Notes: a model not told the origin generated them from the sequence alone. Counted from the first letter of the stretch, positions 50,093 through 60,415 are shown. The stretch is DNA of 64,000 nt from Desulfobacterales bacterium (GCA_963668645.2 CAXXWC010000019.1:576001-640000); one strand, 5' to 3'. Numbers and translations: made by a program.

Positions 50093-51994
50093 TTATGCCG
50101 AAAAATCGTTGCGACAGAGTGCTTTTCGTTTCAGTTGACCGCGCAATAGGACAAAGAAAAGGACAAATCCGATGACCAAGAAAGGGTATTCCAGCGGTAT
50201 GGTTTCAAAATGCCGAAAAAGACAATAGGCGAACATGGCAACGGAACTCAGCAGGCAGATGATCCTCTCGATTCCGCTAAATTTGAGGATCCCGCAGTTA
50301 TAAGTAAAGGCTGTTAGCGTGATCAAACCGATCGGTATCGATATCAGTGAGCCGATGGCCCATATTCTGCTTTCGACGTGCAGAATCAAGACCGGATTAA
50401 AAACGATCAAATAGGGGATGATGAATCCGGGCAAGGCGAGTTTGAAGGCCAAGATGCCGGTTTTCATGTAGTTGCCCTTGGAGATTCCCGAGGCCGAGAG
50501 CGCGGCCAAGGCGACCGGCGGCGTAATGGCCGAGATGATGGCGAAGTAGAAACTGAAGAAATGGGCCGACATCGGCGCGATGCCGAGCTGGACCAGCGAA
50601 GGGATGACGACGATGGCCACAAGGCTGTAGGCGGCTGCCGGCGGCACTCCGCAGCCGAGGATCAGCGAGACGATCATCGTTATGACGAGTGCGATGAAAA
50701 TGTTGCCGTGGCTCAAGGTGTGAACCAGGCCGGCGATTTTCGACCCCATTCCGGTCGTGATAAGGCACTGGGCCATAATTCCGACCAGCGCGAGAGAGAT
50801 ACCGATGTTGGCGCCGACCGCTGCACCGTTGGACAGGTTCCTGCAAAGGGCCGAAAAGGTCGGTCGGGTGTCTGGAAAGAGGTAACTCAGGGCGATGGCG
50901 ACCAGAATAGCCCAGAAACCCGCGACCATGGGGCTGAAGCGGAGCAACAGGAGCACGAAAATCACGCCGAGCGGCAGGACAAACAGGGCGAGGCGCTTAT
51001 AGATGATTTTATAATCGACGCGTTCCTTGGGCGCGGATATGTTTTTGCTCACCGCCATGAACTGAACGCCGGCCGCCACGGAGACGTAGAAAAAGATCGC
51101 CGGCATGATGGAGGCCATCATAACATCGGTGTATGAAACGCCGAGAAAGGAGGCCATCAAAAAAGCGGCCGCACCGAGAACCGGGGGGACCAGTTGGCCA
51201 CCGGTCGAGGCGGTCGCTTCAATCGCTCCGGCTTCTTCGGCGCTGTAACCGATGCTTTTCATGTAGGGGATCGTGAAGGCGCCTGTGATGGCGACATTGG
51301 CCACCGGGGCACCGGAAACCATGCCAACCAAAGAACTCGAGATGACAGCGGTATGACCGGGTCCCCCCTGGAGAAAGCGGCCGGCAAGCTTGCCAAGTTC
51401 ATTAAAAAAATCGTTTATCTTGATGACGCCCAACAGTGCCCCGAAAACGACGAAAAGAAAGACCTGGTTCGCTGAAATGGAAAGAAAACTGCCGAAAACC
51501 CCAGAAAGTCCGATGCTCAGATAGGAAATAATATAATCAAAATTAAATGGCCTGTGCCCCAAATCACCCGGAATCAAATGACCGAGAAAGAAGTAGGCAA
51601 CAAAGAGCGCCGCTACGATTGGAAGGGTGATTCCCCAGGCCACGCGGGTCCCTTCGAAACATAGGAGTATGATGACTACACCGACAACCATATCCATCCG
51701 TTCCGGGTACCCGATCACTTCTTCAAGGTGATCCATGTTCAACATGACATAAAGCATGGAAAAAACGCCCAAGATGCTAAGCGTGATATAAAATGTATGG
51801 GCCAATGAATTCTTGCTCTTTAAAATTTTGCTGAGAAATACGATGACAAAAACAAACATCAAATGGATGGACTGGTGCTCGTAAGCTCCGGCGATTAAAT
51901 ATTGGCTGCTAAGCATATGGTACAATACCATAAAGATTCCGACGACAATCAAAACTGGCTCAACGATTCTATTAATTTTGGATGCAGTTCCCAT
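50093..51994 (-). CDS. TRAP transporter 4TM/12TM fusion permease
   Basis: GMVSGAPVANV, EATASTGGQLVPPVLGAAAF and ITPPVALAA motifs. Confidence 0.92.
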   Translation of the reverse strand: MGTASKINRIVEPVLIVVGIFMVLYHMLSSQYLIAGAYEHQSIHLMFVFVIVFLSKILKSKNSLAHTFYITLSILGVFSMLYVMLNMDHLEEVIGYPERMDMVVGVVIILLCFEGTRVAWGITLPIVAALFVAYFFLGHLIPGDLGHRPFNFDYIISYLSIGLSGVFGSFLSISANQVFLFVVFGALLGVIKINDFFNELGKLAGRFLQGGPGHTAVISSSLVGMVSGAPVANVAITGAFTIPYMKSIGYSAEEAGAIEATASTGGQLVPPVLGAAAFLMASFLGVSYTDVMMASIMPAIFFYVSVAAGVQFMAVSKNISAPKERVDYKIIYKRLALFVLPLGVIFVLLLLRFSPMVAGFWAILVAIALSYLFPDTRPTFSALCRNLSNGAAVGANIGISLALVGIMAQCLITTGMGSKIAGLVHTLSHGNIFIALVITMIVSLILGCGVPPAAAYSLVAIVVIPSLVQLGIAPMSAHFFSFYFAIISAITPPVALAALSASGISKGNYMKTGILAFKLALPGFIIPYLIVFNPVLILHVESRIWAIGSLISIPIGLITLTAFTYNCGILKFSGIERIICLLSSVAMFAYCLFRHFETIPLEYPFLVIGFVLFFVLLRGQLKRKALCRNDFSA

Positions 51995-52066
51995 TTGCAG
52001 CCCCTGCGATTTCAGGTTGATAAGGAGGGCCCCGTCCCATGGGGCACTCCTTTTGCGTATAAATCG

Positions 52067-53068
52067 CTATTCGATTATGCCTGCCTCTCTGTAGGCTTTC
52101 AGGGCACCTGGATGAATTTGTTCCTTGCCCCATCCAAACGGGAGGGAATCCGGGGTCATCAGTTTGCCAAGGTTGTGATAGGCACTGAAGTCGGAACAGT
52201 GCTGGATGATCAATTTGGCGACTTCGTAAGCGATCTCTTCGGGAAATTCTGACGAGACGCACCATGCAACGCTGTCGGTAAACGATTCGATTGGCTTTTT
52301 CAATCCATCGATGGCAGTTACGGGAATTGTAATCTCCGTTATCGGGATTCCGGTCTCCTTTGTCTTGGCAATCGCATCGAGACCCCAGGAGACATGGTTG
52401 ATCTCTTTTCCAGAGGCAATCAGTTCGTTGGTCTGGGGGCTCAAGGAGAACTCGAAGGTTTTCGGATTGAGGTATCCACCGATTACGATGGCGTCGACCA
52501 GACCGTCAAGCAGGGCCGATACAGACGGACCGGTGCCGATGTGCTGAAGATTGGTTTTGTCCGCAATCCCCCAGCCGCTGCGGATGACCATCTCCGGTTG
52601 GATGGCCCAAGAAATTTGAGTGGCGCGCCCAAGGGCGATCTGCTTACCGACGAAATCGGATGGCTTCTGCAGTTTTTTGTCCAAAGTCGCCAACCAGACA
52701 GAAATCAGATTATAGTTCGCGATCAGCTTGACCCCTTTATATTGTCGGTCAAACGGGGCCTTTCCGTTTTCGGCCAGCCAATTGACGCCGATTGTGGAGG
52801 AGATGATGGTTTTTGCCTTTAAATCCTGCTCCTTGTCGATCTTTTTGATATTGAAGACAAGGCCTGGGCTTTCCGAGTGGCTGACTCTCAACCAATCATG
52901 GTGCTTTTTTGCGAGATCTTCCAAGGCCGCGCTCAGAACGTATGACCCGGTACCAAACGGGGCTGACATCAGGTTGACGGTTGTGGTTTCGGTTTTCGAA
53001 AAACAAGGCGATGCGGTCAGCGTCAACAGACCTGTGATCAACACAAATTCCAATATTCGCCGATTCAT
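52067..53068 (-). CDS. TAXI-family TRAP solute-binding protein
   Basis: Signal peptide, APFGTGSY, EEIAYEVAK and IHPGALKAYRE motifs; adjacent to the fused permease. Confidence 0.88.
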   Translation of the reverse strand: MNRRILEFVLITGLLTLTASPCFSKTETTTVNLMSAPFGTGSYVLSAALEDLAKKHHDWLRVSHSESPGLVFNIKKIDKEQDLKAKTIISSTIGVNWLAENGKAPFDRQYKGVKLIANYNLISVWLATLDKKLQKPSDFVGKQIALGRATQISWAIQPEMVIRSGWGIADKTNLQHIGTGPSVSALLDGLVDAIVIGGYLNPKTFEFSLSPQTNELIASGKEINHVSWGLDAIAKTKETGIPITEITIPVTAIDGLKKPIESFTDSVAWCVSSEFPEEIAYEVAKLIIQHCSDFSAYHNLGKLMTPDSLPFGWGKEQIHPGALKAYREAGIIE

Positions 53069-53080
53069 TGTTTTTCTCCT

Positions 53081-54313
53081 TTACGGTTTAATAGATTGTC
53101 CGTCCCTGTTGCGAAGGCATGCCGATATCACTCTGTTTTCTATGAGACGTGTCACTTCTGCTTCGGAAAAACCGGTTTCTGCCAGAATTTCATTTAGATG
53201 TTGTCCAAGCAATGGGGGGGGGAGCACTACGGAGGCCGGCGTCTTTTCGAGGATGAACGGTGGGGCGAGCAATTTGACTTCGCCCGCCTTGGGATGCTTC
53301 ATCGTTACAACCAAATCGCTTTCCAGCACATTGGGGTCTGAAAACAGATCTTCGACCGTATTAATCGGCCCGGCGGCCACTTGGTGGATTCTGAAGATCT
53401 CGAGCCAGTCCTTCGTTTCTTTGGTCCTCAGGACGCCGTTGATGAGCGCTTCGACCTTGTCATAATTTTCGATGCGGTAAGAGTCTTTTCCCATGTTGTC
53501 GTCATCGATCCACTCTTGCTTGTCGATAGCCCGGCAAAATTTCGGCCATTGATTGGCATGCGCAACGACCAAGATATATCCATCTTTGGTCTCGAAGGCC
53601 TGTGAAGGCATCGCCTGGGCGTTGCGGGTTCCCATCCCCTTGGGAACGACGCCGGCCATCAAGAACATGCCGATATAATTGGCCATGATCGCCATCGTGG
53701 ACCGTAACAGGGATGTTTCGACCTGTTGGCCTTCCCCCGTCTTGCTGCGGTGGTACAAGGCCGACAAGATTGCTATGGCGAGAAACATTCCTGCGCAAAG
53801 ATCGACAATCTGGATTTGGATTTTTGCCGGTTTTTCTCCAGGAGGAGTGGTGATGGAGACCAGTCCGGTCAGGCCCTGGATGATCAACTCGAAACCGGGG
53901 CGATCCTTGTAGATTCCGGCCGCACCAAAGGCATTCAAAGATGCGTAGATCAGATCGGGTCGATGCTTTTTCAGTTCGCCATAACCGATTCCGAGGCGCT
54001 CCATGACACCAGGACGAAAATTTTCCACAACGACATCACATTTTTCTACGATCTTTTTTATTACTGGTGCGGCTTGCGGATTTTTGAGATCGACGCAGAT
54101 GCTTTTCTTGTTGCGGTTGACGCAGAAGAAAAAGGCACTTTCGCCATTTTGAAACGGAGGCCCATTGAGTCGGGTGCTGTCCCCGCCCTTCGGATTTTCA
54201 ATCTTGATGATTTCCGCCCCAAGGTCACCCAAAATAGATGTGGTAAATGGCCCGGCTAAAACATGGGTAAAATCCAATATTCGTATTCCGCTCAAAGGAC
54301 CATTGTGTTTCAT
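53081..54313 (-). CDS. Class III CoA-transferase (CaiB/BaiF)
   Basis: PLSGIRILDF..VLAGP, LGAEIIKIE, NRNKKS, ENFRPG and PPLLGQH motifs. Confidence 0.93.
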   Translation of the reverse strand: MKHNGPLSGIRILDFTHVLAGPFTTSILGDLGAEIIKIENPKGGDSTRLNGPPFQNGESAFFFCVNRNKKSICVDLKNPQAAPVIKKIVEKCDVVVENFRPGVMERLGIGYGELKKHRPDLIYASLNAFGAAGIYKDRPGFELIIQGLTGLVSITTPPGEKPAKIQIQIVDLCAGMFLAIAILSALYHRSKTGEGQQVETSLLRSTMAIMANYIGMFLMAGVVPKGMGTRNAQAMPSQAFETKDGYILVVAHANQWPKFCRAIDKQEWIDDDNMGKDSYRIENYDKVEALINGVLRTKETKDWLEIFRIHQVAAGPINTVEDLFSDPNVLESDLVVTMKHPKAGEVKLLAPPFILEKTPASVVLPPPLLGQHLNEILAETGFSEAEVTRLIENRVISACLRNRDGQSIKP

Positions 54314-54950
54314 ATCGCCTTACCTCTTTTTTCGCTTTTTCTCGCTGTTTGAAACAGTGGGCGGGCATGGACGCGCAGCCAAAGTGGCGTTGATTGGCGC
54401 ATGGGCAAAGCGTCTGGCCGTTGGCCAGCGGAAAACCGGCCCTGCCCTCGGTCTTGGCGCGGATCGTCGTGCAGCCGGTCGCCTGCAGAGAGTGATTTTT
54501 GCCGTGGAGACGGCCTGGGTGCAAAAAATCGGTGTTCATTTGCCAACTATCCATAAAATATAGGGATTTTTCAGCAACAACGCCCTGGCTCGGCCAAGCT
54601 TTGAACTTTATATAATATAAAATATAAAATCTGTCAAGCGTCTCGGTTCTCGCTGACAGAGACGCCCTGACTTGGTTCCGGCATAATCTTCAGGATGGGA
54701 AAAAATCTTGTAAAACAGTTGGATACAAGCTACTTGGCCCTGTGGAGACACCACGATACACCAGCGCCAGCCCTCGGCGAGGGATCGGGCAAGAAGGCCG
54801 CAGGTGCTTTCTTTCCGCAAACGTGATGGATTAGCGGGGAAGAACGAGGAGCGATTGGTGAAGATGAAGGCGCTTGCCGCGGCAGTGACGGCAAGCGGGG
54901 CTGCGGGCCTTTACGGAGGGCGTTCGAAGCAAAGGCCGTGCTGCGAAGCC

Positions 54951-55613
54951 TCAGGGGGCCGGGAACACCTTCATCAAAGTGTCTAGCCCGCTTCGAACAT
55001 TGGCAATCACGGCTTCTTTGACCCCTTTGGCATCGCGTTGAATCAAGGCCGCGATGATGTCTTCATGCCCGCTGTTGAAAATCCGATAATCCGAATCGCG
55101 AAATGGAAAGCGCGAGCGGAAAGACTGAACCTTGTCCATCATCTGGTTGATGATTTGGCAAAGGTGGTTCATCTTCGATTCTCGGTAGAGAATGAGATGA
55201 AACTCACGGTTGAGCGAAAAGTAATGGATCGGGGCGGCCACTTGTTGAAGCATCTGTTGGTGGCATGCCTGGATTTGTGCAATTTCGGAATCCGCGATGC
55301 GCTTGGTGGCCACCTCGGCGGCTTTGCCTTCCAAAAGAAAGCGGATTTCGAAGATCTCAACAATCTCTTCCAGCTCAGGCGGCTCGGAGACGATCGCTCC
55401 CTTGTTGGGCACGGAGACGACCAGACCCATCCCCGAAATTTCGCGCAGCGCTTCACGGATCGAGACCCGGCTCAGGTTCATCTCCTCTTCCAAGCGGGCT
55501 GGGATGAGACGTGTTCCGGGAGCCAGTTTCCCGCTGACGATGGCCTCGCGCAGACGATGAACGGCGATTTCAGTCATCGTGCGGTAGGTGGTTGCATTCT
55601 GTTGGATAAGCAT
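54951..55613 (-). CDS. GntR family regulator (FCD domain)
   Basis: LREAIVSGKLAPG...SRVSIREAL...NKGAIV HTH; NREFH in the FCD domain. Confidence 0.92.
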   Translation of the reverse strand: MLIQQNATTYRTMTEIAVHRLREAIVSGKLAPGTRLIPARLEEEMNLSRVSIREALREISGMGLVVSVPNKGAIVSEPPELEEIVEIFEIRFLLEGKAAEVATKRIADSEIAQIQACHQQMLQQVAAPIHYFSLNREFHLILYRESKMNHLCQIINQMMDKVQSFRSRFPFRDSDYRIFNSGHEDIIAALIQRDAKGVKEAVIANVRSGLDTLMKVFPAP

Positions 55614-56130
55614 ACGGAACCCAATCGATGGTGGAACGGCTACCGACCACTGTTCGGCGATGAAAAGATCGCGGACGGCAAGGGCAGCATTTGTCAGCGC
55701 CAGCCCGCTGTCAAGACAGAATGGACGATCTCCCAGATTCTAAGGTCAGCATTGCTAAAGAATCATATTTTATAAAATCTATTATATTAAAGGTATCAAA
55801 CCTGCAAGACTTTTTGCTTGGATCGGCCCGATTGGGCTCATTGATGGCCTGTCCGCCTTTGGCGGTCGTACCAAGAAATTTTCCACAAAAGCCCCTTCTG
55901 CTTTGTACAAGCAGGTCAACCTGCAAAATGGACTGCCCTTCGAAGTTCCCATTCCCACTGAGATCACGCGACGAACCTTGAAAGAGACGTTCAGCACTTA
56001 GCAACGCGGAAAGAATCTTGAAAAAATGGGGACACATCCCGACTTGTACCGCAAGTGACAAGCCCCCTCCGGGAGCGCATGGCACCATGTCAACCGGCAT
56101 GAGTAAAGTCAGGTGAAGTCGACTTTACTC

Positions 56131-57267
56131 ATGGAACCGGTTGCCCGCTACATAACGGCCCCTGTAACTGCCGACTTCGATGATCGCATGGTGTTTGTCG
56201 GCGGCCCCAGACAGGTCGGCAAGACGACCTTCGCCTTAGCGTGTCTCGGCGATGGCCCGGAAGGCCGGCCCGCCTATCTCAATTGGGATGTCGTCAAGGA
56301 TCGAAAGGCCCTGCTCAAGGGGGAGCTGCCATCGAACCAGAAGTGCATCGTCCTGGACGATATTCACAAATTCGGAAGATGGCGCAATCTTGTAAAGGGC
56401 CTTTACGATGCCAACCGATCCCGGGTCTCCTTTTTGATCACTGGCTCGGCACGCCTGGATTATTACAGCAAGAGCGGCGACTCTCTACAGGGACGGTACC
56501 ACTACTACCGCCTGCACCCGTTTTCCCCATCCGAGTTGGATGCGCAGCCCAAGCCGGACGTGGTTGCCGGCCTGCTGCGATTCGGTGGCTTTCCGGAACC
56601 TTTTCTCAAAGGCGACGAGCGCTTCTGGCGCCGCTGGCAGCAGGAACGGCTGCAACGGGTGATCTATGACGACATCCGTGAACTCGAACGGGTCCGGGAA
56701 ATCAGCTTGCTGGAATTGCTGGCAGAGGAGCTAACGCACCGTGTCGGATCGCCCCTGTCGGTTCGAAACCTGGCCGAGGTTATGCAAGTTTCTTTTGAAA
56801 CGGCCGATCGCTGGATCCAGATCTTTGAGCACCTCTATTACTGTTTTCGCATTCCACCCTACTGCAGCCGGAGGGTTTGCGCGGTCAAAAAGGAGCAGAA
56901 GCTTTACCTCGGGGATTGGTCGCTCGTTGCGGAACCCGGGCCGCGTTTCGAGAACCTGGTCGCTTCCCTTCTGCTCAAGTACGGTCACTGGCTGGAGGAT
57001 ACCGAGGGATTTCGCATGGAATTGCGTTTTTTGCGCGACACGGATCGCCGGGAGGTCGATTTCGTCGTCCTTCAAGACGGTCAGCCCCGATTCGCCGTCG
57101 AATGCAAAAGCGGGGAAACGAATGTCTCTTCCAACCTCTATTACTTTATGGGCAGAACCCCGATCGATCGATTCTACCAGGTTCACAACGGGCAGGCGGA
57201 CTACCTGCGCGACGGCGTGCGGGTGCTGCCCCTGACCACCTTTTGCCGGGAACTTCAGCTTCCCTGA
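56131..57267 (+). CDS. AAA+ ATPase with C-terminal DUF4143-type nuclease-like domain
   Basis: GPRQVGKT, LDDIHK, ITGS, FGGFPE, FENLV and REVDFV...ECK motifs. Confidence 0.88.
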   Translation: MEPVARYITAPVTADFDDRMVFVGGPRQVGKTTFALACLGDGPEGRPAYLNWDVVKDRKALLKGELPSNQKCIVLDDIHKFGRWRNLVKGLYDANRSRVSFLITGSARLDYYSKSGDSLQGRYHYYRLHPFSPSELDAQPKPDVVAGLLRFGGFPEPFLKGDERFWRRWQQERLQRVIYDDIRELERVREISLLELLAEELTHRVGSPLSVRNLAEVMQVSFETADRWIQIFEHLYYCFRIPPYCSRRVCAVKKEQKLYLGDWSLVAEPGPRFENLVASLLLKYGHWLEDTEGFRMELRFLRDTDRREVDFVVLQDGQPRFAVECKSGETNVSSNLYYFMGRTPIDRFYQVHNGQADYLRDGVRVLPLTTFCRELQLP

Positions 57268-57390
57268 GGCTCATCGCTTTCACGACTTTTACCCATGCCC
57301 TGCAAAGACGGCCGGTCGTTGCTTTTCGTAGGGACACCTTATCCGGATCAATCAACACCTCCGATCACTTTGTCCCTGAACTGCACCAAG

Positions 57391-58950
57391 CTAATTTTCA
57401 GTTGCTTTTCTTCTTTTGCCAAACGTGATGCCAAGTTTGCGCATGCGGTGCCTGAGTGTACTGGGGTTTACACCCAAACGGCCGGCAGCCCCATTTGGAC
57501 CATCGATTCTGTTCTTACACAACAAGAGAACATTTTCGATATGATTCCGCATCACCTCGTCCAAGGTGAGCACGTCTTGCTCGATACTGGGGCATAGAGG
57601 ATAAAATTGCCGATGCGGCCTGCTTATACCATCAAAAATCAGTCTTTCATCAGATGCGCCGATTAAAGCGTGTATGAGAGCCCGTTCAACTGAATTCTCC
57701 AACTCCCTCACATTCCCGGGCCAATCATGTTTTATTAGCTTTTTCATTTGAATCGAAGAGATCGTCGGATGAGCTTGAATTCTCATCTCTCGGCATTTCT
57801 TTTGGACGAAGTGTTTGACCAGATCCGGGATATCTGCTTTTCGATGTCGCAACGGCGGGATCGTTATTGGAAACACGTTGAGCCGGAACCACAGATCTTC
57901 TCTGAAGGATTTTTCAAGGACCATCTGTTGCAGGTCCCGGTGTGTGGCGCAGATGATGCGAATATCCACCTTGATTGGATCCCTGCCTCCCACCCGTTCA
58001 ATGGTTTTGTCCTGAATTACACGTAAAAGCCGTGTTTGTGCAGAAAGTGGAAGATCACCAATTTCATCTAGAAAAATCGTGCCGCCATGAGCCCTCTCAA
58101 ATCGGCCCCGGCGGGTTGTTCCGGCACCCGTGTAAGCCCCCTTTTCATGACCGAAGAGTTCACTGTCAACCAGGTTTTCAGGTAATGCGCCACAATTGAC
58201 CTTTATAAACGGACCGCTGTGCCGCAGCGAAAAATAGTGAATTGCATTGGCGATAACTTCCTTGCCCACACCGGTCTCGCCTAAGAGCAACACATGGCTA
58301 TTCAATGGGGCCACTTGCCGAACCATTTCCATAACGGGTTTTAATCCATACGCTTCACCAATAATTTCGGCACCTGAAATCTGGCGCAACTCGTTGGCCA
58401 GGTAGCGGTAGTCATCGGACAACTTCTTATGCAGGCGCAAGACTCCCTGGTGCTTTAAGATGTTTGCAATGGCAATGGCAAAAGGATCGTGCAGGAGTTC
58501 CAGCAAACGAGCGTGTTCTTTGCTAAACAAGTCTCGCCCCCGCGCTGAAATCACAAGTTCACCGAGCCTTTTTTCGGCCACTTTCAGGTGTAGCAGCAAA
58601 AAGCAAAGTGGGGACTGTTTTGCTTTCAATTCAACCTCTTTTGCCACTGGCTGCATTTCTGACCGGTTAATCATGCTAACCACCGGGCCATAACGACCTT
58701 TTTCAACGAATAGTGCGGCTTCTTTGGACAACTTGGCCGGATAATGCGATGGCATCTCAGAATAGAAACTTGAAGAAGCGATATTGCGAAGTATCCGGTT
58801 TCCCGGATCGTATGTATTTAAATCCAGCGTTTGAGCGGGCATGAAATCTTCAAGATACTTGTGGATGTCTGTCAGCATGGTTTTTGCGTCCAGGTTACTG
58901 CAGATTCGTTTGGACGCTTGGTGGAAGAACTCCTTATCATTAATGGTCAT
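57391..58950 (-). CDS. Sigma-54-dependent enhancer-binding activator (GAF-AAA-Fis HTH)
   Basis: GETGVGKE, ELFGHEKGAYTGA, FLDEIG, FREDLWFRL, WPGNVRELEN and C-terminal HTH. Confidence 0.94.
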   Translation of the reverse strand: MTINDKEFFHQASKRICSNLDAKTMLTDIHKYLEDFMPAQTLDLNTYDPGNRILRNIASSSFYSEMPSHYPAKLSKEAALFVEKGRYGPVVSMINRSEMQPVAKEVELKAKQSPLCFLLLHLKVAEKRLGELVISARGRDLFSKEHARLLELLHDPFAIAIANILKHQGVLRLHKKLSDDYRYLANELRQISGAEIIGEAYGLKPVMEMVRQVAPLNSHVLLLGETGVGKEVIANAIHYFSLRHSGPFIKVNCGALPENLVDSELFGHEKGAYTGAGTTRRGRFERAHGGTIFLDEIGDLPLSAQTRLLRVIQDKTIERVGGRDPIKVDIRIICATHRDLQQMVLEKSFREDLWFRLNVFPITIPPLRHRKADIPDLVKHFVQKKCREMRIQAHPTISSIQMKKLIKHDWPGNVRELENSVERALIHALIGASDERLIFDGISRPHRQFYPLCPSIEQDVLTLDEVMRNHIENVLLLCKNRIDGPNGAAGRLGVNPSTLRHRMRKLGITFGKRRKATEN

Positions 58951-58969
58951 CACTCTCCCCCCCGAAATC

Positions 58970-59054
58970 TGTCGCATGTGACAAAAAATCAAAAACTATC
59001 ATATATGACAAAATTTTTTGGCACATATGAAAAAATTTGTCAATTATTTTGACA
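58970..59054. promoter_or_regulatory. Cluster of palindromic candidate activator-binding sites
   Basis: TGTCGCATGTGACA (58970), TATCATATATGACA (58997), TGGCACATATGAAA (59019) and TGTCAATTATTTTGACA (59038). Confidence 0.6.
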
Positions 59055-59083
59055 ACCTACCTGGATTAATAGCGAAAATTTTA

Positions 59084-59099
59084 TGGCGTGCATCTTGCT
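59084..59099 (+). promoter_or_regulatory. Sigma-54 (-24/-12) promoter
   Basis: TGGCGTGCATCTTGCT fits TGGCAC-N5-TTGC(A/T) with exact GG/GC spacing; divergent from the sigma-54 activator. Confidence 0.8.
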
Positions 59100-59212
59100 A
59101 AACAGTATTTCAATCGACTGACAACAGTGCTCCTTTCGGGCATATTTCGGAATAAACCGTTAATCATGGGCACAAAGAAGAGGCAAGCAGAGCAATCACG
59201 GAGGCAATCTAC

Positions 59213-60001
59213 ATGAGTAGATATTTTTTCTGGTTTCTGACCATTATCTTTTTTGAACATTTTGTTTTTACAGGGATTGGGTTCGCTCAGGATCAAGCGA
59301 AACCGTTTTGGTGGTTTAACATTTCTTACCAAGATGACACAGAAAGAGAATTTGTCACATTGACACCTGAATTTGAAACCAACGATTTGCCATTTGACAT
59401 GGAGCTTTATGGGTTCGTTGATTTTACGGGTGACCATGGTCACGATGAAACCAATCTGAAAAACCATTCAGGAAGTTTCGATCTGTTCAAGCCTTTGAAC
59501 ACATTCGGTATGGCCGAAGACAACATTGTCCTGCATATGTTTGATGTGGCTATGGAATATAATATAGATACCTTTACAGATGATCGTTGTTATTTCGGTT
59601 TCCGTTGGCGAGGTACCAGGACTTTTGGAAGTATAAGCAAGTTTCTTAATAGAATCCATGCTACTTTTGATATGACCGTCTTTCTGGCTCGCACGGATGG
59701 CCGGCAAGGACATAACTGGTGGATGATTTCTCCTTACCTAAAAATTCCATTTTGTATCGGGGGGGTAAACTGCTTTTCCAGTACATGGTGTGACATAGAC
59801 TTCGATAACCCATTAAATGAATGCCGCCATGACAGCGTTTCAGGACAAAGCATGCTCGGAGTCAATATTTGGGAACAACTATATGCCTTCTGCGAGGTTA
59901 AATATGAGGATTTTCAGAAACCTTTTGATGATGCCTTCGGGATAGGTTTTGGCCTCATGTGGCAATGGTACTTTGAGAGGCCAGAATCTGCAACGAGATA
60001 G
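59213..60001 (+). CDS. Putative outer-membrane beta-barrel protein (Tsx/OmpK-like)
   Basis: Signal peptide, aromatic-rich alternating strands, ELYGFVDF motif. Confidence 0.6.
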   Translation: MSRYFFWFLTIIFFEHFVFTGIGFAQDQAKPFWWFNISYQDDTEREFVTLTPEFETNDLPFDMELYGFVDFTGDHGHDETNLKNHSGSFDLFKPLNTFGMAEDNIVLHMFDVAMEYNIDTFTDDRCYFGFRWRGTRTFGSISKFLNRIHATFDMTVFLARTDGRQGHNWWMISPYLKIPFCIGGVNCFSSTWCDIDFDNPLNECRHDSVSGQSMLGVNIWEQLYAFCEVKYEDFQKPFDDAFGIGFGLMWQWYFERPESATR

Positions 60002-60057
60002 TGATATGATGGCGTCCGGTAATGGCCGAGATATCCGGATCAAGCAACAATACTAGA

Positions 60058-60415
60058 TCAGCGGCGCACCAGGGCTGCCAATGTATCGACCGCTTCCCGG
60101 ATCCTTTCGTCGAAAGGCCTGGTGCAACTGATCCGGATATAGCGGCCGTAGCGATCGGTGGTGGAAAAGGCCGCGCCAGGAACGATGGATATCCCGTGCG
60201 CTATGGCCTGCTGGTAAATCCGGGTACCATCGGCCTCGGAGGGCAGCTCGACCCAGAGCATGTTGCCGCCGTATGGCAGGGCCAGGCGGCATTCCGGGGG
60301 AAATGCCCGCTGCACCGCCGCTGCGGTTTTGAGCACCTGATCATGGACGGCGGCGCGCAGCCGCCTCAGGTAGCGGTCGAAGGCGCCTTCGGCCAGGAAT
60401 CTGGCCAGGACGTGC
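60058..60415 (-). pseudogene. C-terminal fragment of a MocR-type / class I PLP aminotransferase-domain protein
   Basis: FLAEGAFDRYLRRLR...PYGGNMLWVELP...IVPGAAFS...YIRIS; N-terminal part absent. Confidence 0.78.
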
